This document shows, one piece after another, positions 37,599 to 51,200 of a stretch of DNA of 64,000 nucleotides. Both the position numbers and the translations under genes were made by a program. Origin of the DNA: Azolla caroliniana (Eukaryota > Plantae > Polypodiophyta); assembly GCA_043228905.1 (NCBI GenBank), contig JBHGNT010000004.1:13888001-13952000 (forward strand), in the 5' to 3' direction. Numbering within the stretch: position 1 is the first letter of the stretch; each line of letters begins with the position of its first letter. Below the pieces are notes generated by a model. It was not told the origin of the DNA and searched no databases. It saw only the letters and a list, made by a program, of their open reading frames with translations.

Positions 37599-37612
37599 GT
37601 TTGAACCAATTT
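37599..37612 (+). promoter_or_regulatory. Self-priming-type PBS of Tcn1-B
   Basis: GTTTGAACCAATT lacks a TGG (CCA-complement) start. It is complementary to AATTGGTTCAA at ~37478, about 30 nt after the TATA. Confidence 0.7.
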
Positions 37613-38224
37613 TTTCCTTTCATCTCTTCGTCTTCCACAAACCCTAACAAGTTCTCTTCTTCCTTCTTCTCTCCCCTCATAAGCTATGGAGTCCGTGAGT
37701 GAACAAGAATACATGCGTGTTCTTTCTAAGCTCGACATGCTCATGAATAAATTTGTGGCATTAGAGCATGAGAATCAAAGGCTACTTGGAGACCTACAAC
37801 ACGTGAGCGCCAAAAAAGCTCAACAATATGAAGAGTTATCAGAGCGGGTTCATCAACTCAAGGCGACTATATTGTCATTACGAGAGCAAGTGTTGGGGGC
37901 TCAATACTCCCCTAAAGAGCCAAAGATCAGCCTCTCCGCCAAGTTTGATGGTACGAGGTCTTTATTTCGAGGCTTTTTGAATCAAGTTCGTCTGGTTATT
38001 CATCTACATCGCAATCGGTATCCAACTGATGTTGCTCGTATGGGATTAGTGGGAACTTTGTTATGCGGTATGGCATTAGCATGGTTCGCACCACTTCTCA
38101 AGAAGAAATAACCATTGCTAGAGGATTTCGAGGCATTTGTTGAAGAGTTTCAAGCTAGTTTCGAAGACACTGACACCGCTAGGACAGCGATAAACAAGAT
38201 TCGAAGGCTTCGACAAGGAGATCG

Positions 38225-38496
38225 TGACAGGAATGCACACTCCCTTCCTCAACACTCCGCCACAACCGAGTCTAAAATCGAACACAGAAAACGGATAATG
38301 AAACGCACGACACAAAGGAGAGAAGAGTACACATGATGTTTAACGTGGAAAACCCTGAGAGGGAAAAACCACGGGAGTCCACAAACTCCAAACTATCACT
38401 ATATCACAATGATTACAACAGTGAGCTCAAGGAGGCAACGACCTCGTGCTCACGATCTTCACCACAGGCGGCGGTTACAAGAGAGGCAACGACCTC

Positions 38497-38541
<45 letters not shown>

Positions 38542-39245
38542 ACACTGTTACACGCTCTCTAGTCTTGCACCAACAAGAATGACAACATCACCTTCTAAGT
38601 TTGCTCTAAGTCATATTTATACTAATATGACTTTTCGGCTATTTATAAATATAGCCCCGATGGACTCTCAGAAAAAACATATTTATGAATATGTCCCTTC
38701 ATCCAGTGAGCACTTCTCACCGGGCCTTCATCATCCGGCTCCTGCCGGGTACTCCTCATCCGGTTCTCACCTGGTCTTCCGTAGCCGGGTACTCCTCATC
38801 TGGTTCTCACTGGGTCTTCCGTAGCCGGGTACTTGTCATCCGGTTCTCACCGGGTCTTCCGTAGCCGGGTACTTGTCATCCGGTTCACATCGGGTCTTCC
38901 GTAGCCTGGTAGTCCACATTCGGTTTCAGCCTCGGCCTATCGGCCTCAGCCGAGTTTACTCATCAGTACTGTTCTTCTCACTTCCCATCCGGAGTCGATT
39001 TCCATCCCGTGTCGGCGTAAGCAGTCGATTTCCGTCTCTTCGCATGTGATATCCCTTGGGATGAGGCAGCCATAATGGATCAATTCCGTCAAGGTTTGTG
39101 AAACGATGTCAAAGATCTTCTTCTTACATTCCCTGAAGATCCGAAGTCGCTTAAAAAAGCCATTAGTCGAGCCGTGCAATGTGATAATCGCCTATTAGAG
39201 CGAAATTCTAAGCGCCAACAAATGTTACGCCGTCAACCGTCAACA
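38225..39245 (-). mobile_element. Tork-related solo LTR with non-matching flanks
   Basis: rc TGTTGA...CCTGTCA, homologous to the Tork LTR R/U5. Contains a 40-bp tandem array at ~38745-38920. Flanks GATCG and AATGA differ. Confidence 0.8.
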
Positions 39246-41838
39246 AATGACATACGCAATGCTACCGAAAACTCGTAAGTGTCGCAGGTTCGGCTTCGTT
39301 TCGAAATATAGCTCGTGCGCCGACACTTTTTCTCCGATCCAATTCTGGATGTATATTGCAGTCCTTACCACCTCGGCCCAGTAGAACTTGGGCAAGCTCT
39401 TCTCCTCCAGCATTGCCCGTGCTGCTTCCACAACCAACAGATTTTTCCTCTCGGCCACACCGTTTTGCTTCAGCATGTATCTACAACTCAATTCGTGCCG
39501 AATTCCCATGTGTTATAGAAACCGTTGAATTGACCGCACTTAATCTTTCTTCCTGTTTCTGTTTCCACGAACCCTTTGAGATCCCGGAAACAGTCGAAGA
39601 CTTCGCTCTTCCTCTCAATGAGGTAGATCCACGTGTGCCACGTGTAGTCGTCGATGAAGGAGACGAAATATCGGCTCCCGCCAAGGCTAACGTTTTGTTT
39701 CGGCCCCCACACATCGGAGTGTATCAAGTCGAGCTTGTTCCGGCTCCTGTTACGCTCATTGAGGAAAGGAAGTCGGTGTTGCTTCCCAAGATAGCAGGCT
39801 TCACAAATTTGTGCCTTCTGACCACTAAATTTGGGCAATCCGAACACCACTTGTTTCGATTGCAGGTCTTGACTTGAAGCCGCTGGTAGTTGACGTGGCC
39901 TATCCGCTTGTGCCATAAGTCGATGTCCGACACGACTTTTTGTCCCTTCACGAACATTGCAGTGCCACCGTCAGTAGAGTCAAGGATGAACATCCTCCCG
40001 TCTCTGCACCCTTGCGCAATGACACAGCCTTCTCCCTCAATGAAGCACCCGAGGTGTGTAAACCGAACCTCCATCCCTTGGTCGACGATCTGTCCGATCG
40101 ACACCAAGTTCTTCGTGATTGTCAAAACGTATAGCACGTTTATGAGTTTCCCTTTCTACCCGACATGGCTCAGGGGAACTTCTTCGACATTCGCGATCGA
40201 ATGCGGAGTGTCGTCTCCAGTTGCGACTACTCCTGGTTGCGTCGGTTTCTCAAGGTATGAGAACCACTCCTTATGGCTCGTCGTCTGATTTGACGCGCCG
40301 GAGTCGATGTACCACACCTCCTCCGACTTCGGGGTGATCTTCTTCATCGAGTTTGGTTCGTGTCTCATCACAAAGACTGAACCTTTTTCGACTTCTCTGG
40401 ATCCTTTGGCGTAGTGCGATCGTTGTTGATTTCCTTTGTCGGTCTGTCCGGAACCTGTACCGGACCCGGTTCTCTCCGAATCGGTGCGCTTTTTCCAGCA
40501 CTCGCTCTCCCTGTGGCCTTTCTTGCCACAGTACCAGCATTCCACCGCAAATTTCCCTTGCCGGTTCTCGTCGCCTCGACTCCCCCTGTATTCCGGAGGG
40601 TCCGGAATTGCTATCGGCATCACTTCGGTGCCTCCTTCCTTGATCTCGTCGGCCACCTCCATTGCACACCGACTCGCCTCGTCCTCCACGTCCACGGGAC
40701 CTATCTCCCTCCATGTACAACATCTTGTTGTCTGTGTGCGTGCTCGTTGATGCACCCGCGTGGTTCTCCTCTACTAGGAGCATCGACTGTAAGTCGAAAA
40801 AGGACGGCGTATTCTCCCGGGTACACACAACAGTCCGGAACGCCCCGAATATTGACGCCAAACCCCCGAGACAGACCTAGACCATCTCGCTTTCCTTGAT
40901 GTTCACATCGATGGAAGCTAAGGAGTCGCAGATGTCCTTGATCTTCGAGGTATAGTCAGCCACCGACAAATCGCGTTGTCGTAGGTTGTTCAACTCCTGT
41001 CAGAGCTGAAGCTTCCTGGCTGTGGTGCTCGCGGCGAAGATCTTCTTCAGATTTTCCCGAGCACCCTTCGGCGTTTTTGCATCCCGAACGTAGCTTAATA
41101 GATGTTCGCCCACACAAGACGTGAAACAATACAACACTCTGCTCGCCAATTGTTCCCACACCGGGAAATCTTTGTGTGTCGATTCGGGTGCTGTGTCATT
41201 TGCTCCGTTGACATAGCTCCAGTAACCGTGCCCGAACAGGTACTGGTGCATCTTGTAGGACCAAGATGGTAGTTTTTTCTATCGAGCTTCTCGTCGAAAG
41301 CGAGCTAGCCATACCTCTATCCATCGGTTTTACCTGTTCTTCTCGGTTGGTTTTTCTTTTCAAGTTATGTCGGCTGCAGAGGTTCTCAACCCTTGCGCTC
41401 TGATACCATGTAAAAGATTATGTGTTGAAGCAATAGAAAACCAAACACACAGAAAATACGTAGGTTTAATGGAGAGCTTGAGTATGCACAGTACGTGGGA
41501 GAGACAGAGAGAGAACGCACAAAAGCAAAATACTAACTCTCTGTACATACACCGTGCTCAGTGAGCACCTTTTATACAAGCCCTGACAATCGGGCTGACA
41601 CAAGTACTGAGAATACTTGACTGCTCACAAATGAGCCTCGACACTTACTCCCAAAACTATTCCTTACAAGGAATATCTCTCTAATGGCATTTCGGTTTAC
41701 GCACCGATACGGCCTCTCGTTACGCATCGGTTTGCGTATCCGTTTTACACACCGGTCCAGCCTAACCAATTGGTCCCAACCGATCTGGTCCTCGGCTTGC
41801 TCAACCGATTCGGCCGATGCTGAGCTTGTCTCTCAACA
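39246..41838 (-). mobile_element. Copia C4 (Bryco-like), 5' half only (LTR, gag, PR, part of INT)
   Basis: LTR 41409-41838, PBS 41397-41408. Motifs CWYCGKKGHRESEC and WYIDSGASN. Truncated at GSIAYV. Confidence 0.9.
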
Positions 41839-42041
41839 CTTACCACATCTACATGTCATCGAGTCCTAGCCTCTGCCCTCCTAGATTCTGGAGCCAACTC
41901 TTGTTTCATGGATCCTGAATTTGCCTTGTCACAAAACATCCTCTTTGTGAAAAGAACAACATGCAAAAGCAACAAAAAGTAGAACGTAGGAAAACACAGG
42001 TTTAATGGAGAGCTTGGACACACACAGAGTACGCGGGAGAG

Positions 42042-42080
<39 letters not shown>

Positions 42081-45000
42081 ATACACACAACTCTATTCAA
42101 AAATAATACTCAGTCTGTACCTAGAATGTGCTCAGTGAGCACTTTTATACAAGTCTGTAACAGAAGTACTGACACATACTTCAATGCTCATAAATGAGCT
42201 CTACACTAACTCCTAAAATATATTCCTATGCGGAATATCTTTCCAACGGCCTCGCGGTTTACGCACCGCTACGACTTCTTGTTTGCGCACCGGTTTGCGC
42301 ACCAGTCTGACCTACCCGATAGATCCCAACCGATCCGGTTCTCGGCTTGCACAACTGATCCGGCCTCAACACTCCCCCTCAAGCTCAACTTGAGGCTCTT
42401 CTGGTTCTTCCGGATCACCGTTCCGGTTTCTTCTAGCTTCACGCCTCGCTCGCGCTCCTCGACCTGTTCGATTCCGCACGCCTCGACCCTTCCGGTCGGC
42501 TTGTGTGCTGGTGTGGCCCTTCTCAGCTCCCTTGCTATCGCAGTGTTGGCACCTCCTCGGCTGCCCTTTCTTACACTTGGCCCTCGGTTGATTCGGCGTC
42601 TCCGAATCAAACATCCGAACCAAATCGTCTTCCTCCGATCAGTTTTCACTCTCATCAGAGTTGGCTTCATCTCCCCCACGCTTGCCTGGCTTTGGCTCTT
42701 TGTTTCGACTGTTGCCCTCACGTCCGCTTTCGAACTCTTTCGCGGATCCGCCCTCGGCTTCTTCAGCCGACCTGAAATCGAAATAGTCATCCGACTCATC
42801 GTCATGGTCTCTTCCGCTCCTTTCCTGCTCCCTTCCGTGGTCTTCCGGGACTTCTCTCCTCTTCAAGTTCGGCACATCGAGGTGTTGCAACCCAAGCACA
42901 CCCGAGAATTGCCGCAACTTGTCGAGACCAAGGAGCTTGGTGAAAATGTCGATAGTCTGCTGATCCGTCGAAACATACTGAAGTTCGACTTCACTGGAGA
43001 GGACACGCTCATGGAAAAATTGGTAGTGGACCTCAATGTGCTTAGTCAAGGCATGGAAGACATGGTTCTTTGCTAACTGGATGTTGCTGAGGTTGTCGCA
43101 GTAGATCGTCATCGGATCGGACACCTCCACCCGCAGATCCTTAAGTAGTTGTTTCAGCCAAATGGCTTCGCATGTTGCGATAGCCGCACCTCTATACTCG
43201 GCTTCGGTGCTTGACAATGCAACTGTCGGTTGCTTCTTGCTACTCCATGCGATCATAGCACTCCCAAGAGAGAACGCGAATCCGGATGTGGATCGGCGAT
43301 CGCTGGCGTTTCCGGCCCAATCCGCATCGGTGTAACCGACTAACTGCACGGCAATATCGGTCCAATATAGTGCCACTTACATATCAGAGTACACGTTAGG
43401 CACACTGGAGGTGCTTCTCGGTTGGCCACGCCATGAACTGACTAATCACACCGACTGGGTAACTGAGGTCTGGTCGAGTGATAGTCAAGTAGATGAGGCT
43501 TCCGACAATCTGCCGGAACCTCTTCAGGTTGCAAACCTTTCCAGAGTCGGGGTGAAGCTTGATGGTTCTATCTAGAGGAGTCGAGATGGACTTACAATCT
43601 GCCATCCCGAACTTGAAGAGCATACCCAACACGTAAAGTCGTTGACTGATTAGTATGCCTTCGGGGCTACGGATCACTTCGATCTCGAGGAAGTAATGAA
43701 GGTCCACCAGGTCCTTCATGTCAAATGATACCGTGAGCTGGAGATTTACGCAGTCAATTTCACCTAGGTCGGCGTCGGTGATGACCAAGTCATGAACATA
43801 AAGTAAAATACTAACCGGCCTGAGTCGACCTTGTCGAATAAACAACAAAGACTCTGATTTGGACGTTGCAAATCCCATGCGACGCAATCACTGCGTGATT
43901 TTCTCATTCCAAGTAGGCAGGGCTTGCTTTAGTCCGTAAAGGGACTTCTTCAACCGGCAGACTGCCGAAGTGTTCATTCTAGAGTGAAACCCGGGGGGTT
44001 GTACCATGTACACATATTCCTAAAGCTCGCCTTGTAGGAACACATTCTTCACATCCATATGATGTAACTGTCACCCCTTTGCCGCTGCTATGGCTAGCAG
44101 AACACGCACAGTAGTCATCTTCGTGATAGGCGCAAAGGTCTCGTCGTAGTCCATGCCGTGCTTCTGCGCGTAGCCTTTCGCTACTAACCGGGCCATGTAT
44201 CCGTTGACCAAGCCATCGGTGTTGTACTTGACCTTGTACACCCACCTACATCTGATCGGGTTCACACCCTTCGGTGCGTCAACTAGGTCCCAGGTTTCAT
44301 TCTCCGCCAATGCGCACATCTCTTCCTCCATTGCGGCATGCCAATTTGCGTCCTTTGTCGCTTATGCGTAGCTCTCTGGCTCATGCACTTTTGCTACACG
44401 CGTCATGTACGTATAATGATGTGCCATGTACTCGTTGTATCCGAACCGCACATCACGGTTCTTCTGGTGGGTAGATCGGCGTAACTGCTCATTAGCCGAT
44501 GTTGAGGTTTTCTTGGCTGACAACTTCGCTCTTGGAGACCCGTCATCGCTCTTCTCGGAGTCAGATTTGCGTCGATCCGACTCGCCCTTATCTGTGCCGT
44601 ACTCCGGCATCTTCTTCTTCCCTTTTTCCTTGCGCGTAAACCGTCTCCTCGGCTTCCTGCGCGGGGAATGCAAGGCCCAGTCTCCACTACTCGTCGGCTC
44701 TTCTTCGAACTGGTCAAAGCAACCTAGTCACTCATTCAGTCCACTTAGCCAAAATTAAATCGGACTCTCATCGAGGGTCTTGATTTCACGGTCATCCGGA
44801 GGAATTTCAGTCTCATTAACCTCATCGTTAGAACTCGGGTCTGGAGATCCGGAGTTGGAGTTGAGGTCCGGAGTCGGAGGTAAATACCAGGACGCGGACT
44901 CGTCAAACACAACATCGCGGCTCACGCGAGTTTGTTTAGTTCGGGGGTTATAACACTTATAACCCTTCTCTTCGTACAAATAGCCGACCAAGATACACTT

Positions 45001-46562
45001 CTCGGCTTTCGCGTCCAACTTCCTCTATTTCTCCATTGGCACATGCACATACGCAATGCTACCGAAAACTCTCAAGTGTCGTAGATTCGGCTTTCTTCCG
45101 AAATACAGCTCATGCGCCGACACTTTGTCTCCGATCCGATTCTAGATGTAGACCTTGGGCAAGCTCTTTTCTTCCAGCATTTCCCGCACCGCTTCCACAA
45201 CCGACCAATTTTTGCTTTCTGCTACTCCGTTTTGCTCCGGTGTATACCTACAACTCAATTCGCACCGAATTCCCATTTGTTGCAAATAACTGTTGAATTG
45301 GCCGGAAAAGTATTCTTTTCCGCCATCCAACCGCAAGCACTTGATCTTTCTCCTTGCTTCCCTTTCTATGAAGCTTTTGAGGTCCCAGAAATAGTCGAAG
45401 ACTTCACTCTTCTTTTCAATGAGATAGATCCACATGTGCCGCGTGTAGTCATCGATGAAGGAGACAAAATATCGACTCTAGCCAAGACTAATGTTCTGTG
45501 TCGGCCCCCATACATCCAAATGTATCAAGTTGAGCTTGTTCCAGCTCCGGTTACACTCGTTAGGGAAAGGAAGTCGGTGTTGCTTCCCTAGATGGTAGAC
45601 TTCACAAATTTGGGCCTTCCGACCACTAAATTTGGGCAATCCGAACACAACTTGTTTCGATTCCAAGTCCTGAAGCCTTTGATAGTTGACGTGGCTTATC
45701 TGCTTGTGCCACAAGTCAATATCTAACACGACTTTTTGTCCTTTTGCAAACATTGCAATGCCAACGTCATTGGTGTCGAGGATAAACATCCTCTTGTCTC
45801 TACGCCCTTGCGCAATAACTTGGCCTTTCTCCTCGATGAAGCACCCGAAATGCGTGAACCGGACTTGCATCCCCTGGTCGACGATCTACAAGACCGATAA
45901 CAGATTCTTCGTGATTGTCGGGACATCTAACATGTTCATGAGTTTCCATTTTTTCCCGACATGGCTTAGGGCAACTTCACTGACATTCTCGATCGGTGCG
46001 GAGTGTCGTCTCCTATTGCGACTACTCCCGGTTGCATCGGTTTCTCAAGGTATGAGAACCACTCCTTATGGCTCGTCATGTGGTTTGACGCGCCGGAGTC
46101 AACATACCACACCTCGTCCGATTTCGGGGTGGTCTTCTTCATCGAGTTCGCCTAGTGTCTCGTCACAAAGGCTGCCCCCTTTCCAACTTTTTCAGATCCT
46201 TCGACGTAGTGCGATCGATGCCAAATTCCTTTGTCAGTTTGTCCGGATCCGGATCCGGTTTTCTCCGAATCAGCGCGCTTCTTCTAGCACTCGCTCACCT
46301 TGTGGCCTTTCTTGCCACAATACTAGCATTCCGTGACGGGTTTCCCTTGTCAATTCTCGTCGCCTCGACTCCCCCTGTTTCTAGAGGGTCCGGAATTTCT
46401 GTCGGCATCACTTTGGTGCCTTCTTCCTTGATCCCGTTGTCGTGATGTGGCATGTCTAGTGCGAGAAAAAGTCAAAAATTGAGGATCCACACACATTTCA
46501 CGAATACTTGTAAAAATGAAGATAAATAAACCTAGGTCACAATGGCATTGAGTGCATGTAGA

Positions 46563-46636
46563 GGGTTGCAAGTAGGATTTGAACCTTGCACCTCTAAGAT
46601 AAGAGGAAATTACCTTACCTCTAAAGCTATTACTAA
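46563..46636 (-). other. tRNA-like Pol III module in the P2 LTR (copy at 55337-55410)
   Basis: rc A-box TAGCTTTAGAGG from 46629 and B-box GGTTCAAATCC from 46585. Spacing 44. Confidence 0.7.
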
Positions 46637-47181
46637 GTGTTATAGATATTCTATATTTCTTTCTCATATTCAATATTCCGTAGGAAACAAACGTACAAAA
46701 CCGTGTACACAAAACCACGGTTTTAAGCTCATGGTTTTCTACATGTCACAAAGCAAAACTGTGTGCACAGAAACCATGGCTCCAAGCCCATGGTTTTGTG
46801 CATGGACAAACCTATAAAACCCCTAGTACGGCTTGTGTAAAGGGGGGGGCTCAATATGATATCACAATCATCATCACCATCAATAATATACGCTTCTATT
46901 TCTTCTTCTTCGCATCTATCTTGTAATTATTTATCTACTTCTCAAGTGTACAATCTTCAATCTTCTCAAGTGTAATAGGTCTTCCTCCAATCTTACATTC
47001 ACATCGTCCTCTTCTCAATCCCTTGACGGACATCCTCCTTGGTCCAGGACCCCGATGGTCCCGCTCAAGTAGCACACGCACACGCATCTTCGCGACATCT
47101 CTTTTTGGTGAACCCGACGTGAAGAGCAGTAGGGGAGGATGATGTGGACGAGGAATATCTAATGAAGGCAATGTCAAAGAT

Positions 47182-48221
47182 TGTAAAAAGTAGCGTGCGG
47201 AAGCAAGTATGAAGCCCGAACAGAAGGAAGGAAACTCAGGTTTAATGGAGAGCTTGAGCTTACACGCTATACGCGGGAGAGACAAAGAGAGAAAACACAA
47301 AAAACTATATTCAATAGTAATACTCAGTCTGTACATAAGACGTGCTTCAGTGAGCACTTTTATACAAGTCCTAGAAGGACTGACCGAAGTACTGACAGTA
47401 CTTCAGTGCTCATTAAGAGCTCCTACACTAACTCCCAAATATATTCCTCATGGAATATCTTTCCTAACGACCTCCCGGTGTACGCACTCGGCCTAGCCGA
47501 TTGGTCCCAACCGATCCAGTCCTCGGCTTCTTCAGCCGAACCGACCGTTGTTGAGCTTGTCTCTCAACACTCCCCCTCAAGCTCAACTCGAGGCTCTTCG
47601 GGATCCTCGGGCTCACAACTCCGGTTCCTCCTGGCTTCACGCCTCGCTCTCGCTCCTCGACCTGTTCGACTCCGCACGCTTCGACCCTTCCGGTCGGCTT
47701 GTCTGCTCATGTGGCCCTCATCAGCTCTTTTGTTGTTGCGGTGTTGACGCTTCTTCTGCTACCTTTTCTTCCACTTGGGCCTCGGTTGATTCAACGTGTC
47801 TGAATCAAACATCCGAACCGACTCGGCTACCTCCGATCGGTTTTTTCTCTCGTCCGAGTTGGTCGTCTCCAACTCGTCTTCGGTCTTCTCGCCCTCGTTG
47901 GCGTCATCACCCCCATGCGTGGTTGGCTTTGGCTCTTTCCTTCGGTTGCTCCCCTTCTGTATGCTTCCAGACTTCTCCGCTGGTCCGCCCTCGGCTTCTT
48001 CAGCCGATCCGAAGTTGAACTTGTCAACCAACTCGGTGTCGCGGTCTCCGCTCCTTTCCCACTGCCTTGCTTGGTCGTTCGGGACTGTTCTCCCCCTCAA
48101 GCTCGGCACTTCAAGGTGACGCAACCCGAGCGCACCTGAGAATTTCCGCAACTTGTCCAGACCAAGAGGCTTGGTGAAGATGTCGGCAGCCTACCGATCC
48201 GTCGGAACGTACTGAAGTTCG
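47182..48221 (-). mobile_element. Inverted 3' end (RH tail plus LTR 47182-47569) of the C6 family
   Basis: Near-identical reverse complement of ~52090-53139. Confidence 0.9.
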
Positions 48222-51200
48222 ACATCGGCCGGTTCGGCTGAAGAAGCCGAGGACTGGATCGGTTGGGACCAATCGGCTAGGCCGAGTGTGTACACCGGGA
48301 GGTCGTTAGGAAAGATATTCCGTGAGGAATATATTTGGGAGTTAGTGTAGGAGCTCTTAATGAGCATTGAAGTATTGTCAGTACTTCGGTCACTCCTTCT
48401 AGGACTTGTATAAAAGTGCTCACTGAAGCACGTCTTATGTACAGATTGAGTATTATTATTGAATATAGTTTTTTGTGTCTTCTCTCACTCTCTCTCTGTC
48501 ACTCCCGCGTATAGCGTGTAAGCTCAAGCTCTCCATTAAACCTGAGTTTCCTTCCTTCTGTTCGGTCTTCATACTTGCTTCCGCACTCTACTTTCTACAT
48601 GGTATCAGAGCACGAGGGTTGAGAACCTCTCTGCAGCTGACACAGCTTGACGAAGAAGAACAAGAAGAACGATGGATAGAGGCATGGCGAGCTCGCTTCC
48701 AACAGAGAAGCTCGACAGAACCAACTACGCGTCTTGGTCCTACAAGATGCACCATTACCTGCTTGGGCACGGCTACTAGAGTTATGTCGAAGGAGCTAAT
48801 GACGCGGCACCCGAATCGACACACAAAGACTTCCCGTCGTGGGAGCAATCGGCGAGCAGGGTATTGTACTGCTTCGCGTCGTGTGTGGGCAACAGCTATT
48901 AGGTTATGTTCGGGATGCAAAGACGCCAAAGGGTGCGTGGGAAAATCTGAAGAAGATTTTCGCCGCGAGCACCACAGCCAGGAAGCTTCAGCTCCGACAG
49001 GAGTTGAACAACCTACGACAACGCGACTTGTCAGTGGCGGACTATACCTCGAAGATCAAGGATATCTGCGACTCCCTCGCCTCCATAGAGGTGAACATCG
49101 AGGAGAGCGAGATGGTCCAGATCTGTCTCGGAGGTTTGGCGTCGATGTTCGGAGCGTTCCGAACAGCTGTGCACCCAGGAGAATACGCCGTCCTTTTTTG
49201 ACTTACAGTCGATGCTCCTGGTAGAGGAGAACCACGCGGGTGCGTCTAAAAGCACGCACACCAACAGGAGAATGTTGTACACGGAGGGAGATAGGCCCAG
49301 TGGACGTGGAGGACAAGGCAAGTCGGCATGCAATGGAGGCGGCCGACGAGATCAAGAAAGAAGGCACCGAAGTGATGCCGACAGCAACTCCGGACCTTCC
49401 GGAAACAGGGGGAGTCGAAGCGATGAGAACCGGCAAGGGAAGTCCATCGCGGAGTGCTGGTTCTGTGGCAAGAAAGGCCACAAGGAAAGTGAGTGCTGGA
49501 AGAAACGCGCCGATTTGGAGAGAACTGGTTCCGGAAACGGCTCCAGACATACCGACAAGGGAAATCGGCAGCGATCGCACTACGCCGAAGACTCCGGGAG
49601 AGCTGGAGAAGGGACTGCCTTCGTGACGAGACACGAAGCAAACTCAATGAAGCAGACCACCCCGAGATCGGACAAGGTGTGGTACGTAGACTCCGGCGCG
49701 TCAAACTACATGACGAGCCATAAGGAGTGGTTCTCGTACCTCGAAAAACCGATACAACTTGGAGTAGTCGCAACAAGAGACAACACTTCGCATCCGATCA
49801 CGAATGTCGGAGAAGTTCCCCTTAGCCACGTCGGGCAGAAAGGGAAACTCATGAACATACTGCACGTTCCGACAATCACGAAGAACTTGGTCTCCGTCGG
49901 ACAGATCGTCGACTAAGGGATGGAGGTTCGGTTTACACACCTCTGGTGCTTCATTGAGGAAGAAGACCGTGTGATTGCGCAAGGGCGCAGAGACGGGAGG
50001 ATGTTCATCCTCGATTCCACTGACAGCGGCACCGCACTGTTCGCAAAGGGGCAAAAAGCTGAATCGGACATCGACTTGCGGCCACGTCAACTACCAGCGG
50101 CTTTAAGATCTACAATCGAAACATGTAGTGTTCGGATTGCCCAAGTTTAGTGGCCGAAAGGCACAAATTTGTGAAGCCTGCCAGCTCGGGAAGCAAAACC
50201 AACTTCCTTTCCCCAACGAGCAAAACCGGAGCCGGAACAAGCTCGACCTTATACACTCGGATGTGTGGGGGCCAGCACAAAACGTTAGTCTTGGCGGGAG
50301 CCGATATTTCGTCTCCTTCATCGACGACCACACGCGGCACACGTGGATCTACCTCATTGAGAGGAAGAGTGAAGTCTTCGACTGTTTCCGGGACCTCAAA
50401 GGGTTCGTGGAAGCCGAAACGGAACGAAAGATCAAGTGCTTGCGGTCGGATGGCGGGAAAGAGTACTTTTCCGGTCAATTCAACGGTTACCTACAACAAA
50501 TGGGAATTCGCCGCGAATTCAGTTGTAGATACACGCTGGAGCAGAACGGCAAGGCCTCAACATCGGCTAATGTGAGATTACGCCGATCTACCCGCCAAAA
50601 GAACCCAGTTGTGCGGTTCGGTTAAAACGAGTACATGGCGCATCATTATGCGTACATGACCCGTGTAGCGGAAGTGCGTGAGCCGGAGAGCTACGCAGAA
50701 GCGACGCAGGACGCAAATTGGCGTGCCGCGATGGAGGAAGAGATGCACGCATTGGCAGAGAACGAGACCTGGGACCTGGTTGACGCACCAAGAGGTTTGA
50801 AGCCGATCGGGTGTAGGTGACTGTACAAGGTCAAGTACAACACCGATGGCTCGGTCAACCGGTACAAGGCTCGGCTAGTGGCAAAAGGCTACGCGCAGAA
50901 ACACGGCATCGACTACAATGAGACGTTTGCGCCGGTCGCGAAAATGACAACCGTCCGTGTTTTGCTCGCAGTAGCCGCGGCCAAGGGGTGGCACCTACAT
51001 CAGATGGATGTAAAGAATGCGTTCCTGCAAGGTGACCTTGAGGAACAAGTGTACATGGTACAGCCCCCCGAATTTCACTCTGGAACGAACTCCTCGGCAG
51101 TATGCCGATTGAAGAAGTCCCTTTACGGACTAAAGCAAGCCCCGCGTGCTTGGAACGCGAAGATCACGCAACAACTGCGTCGGATGGGCTTCGTCACGTC

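Noticed and set aside
42228-43076. Long antisense ORFs over Copia pol and its tail
   Set aside because: These are shadow frames of GC-rich coding sequence with no recognisable domain, and they are not consistent between copies.
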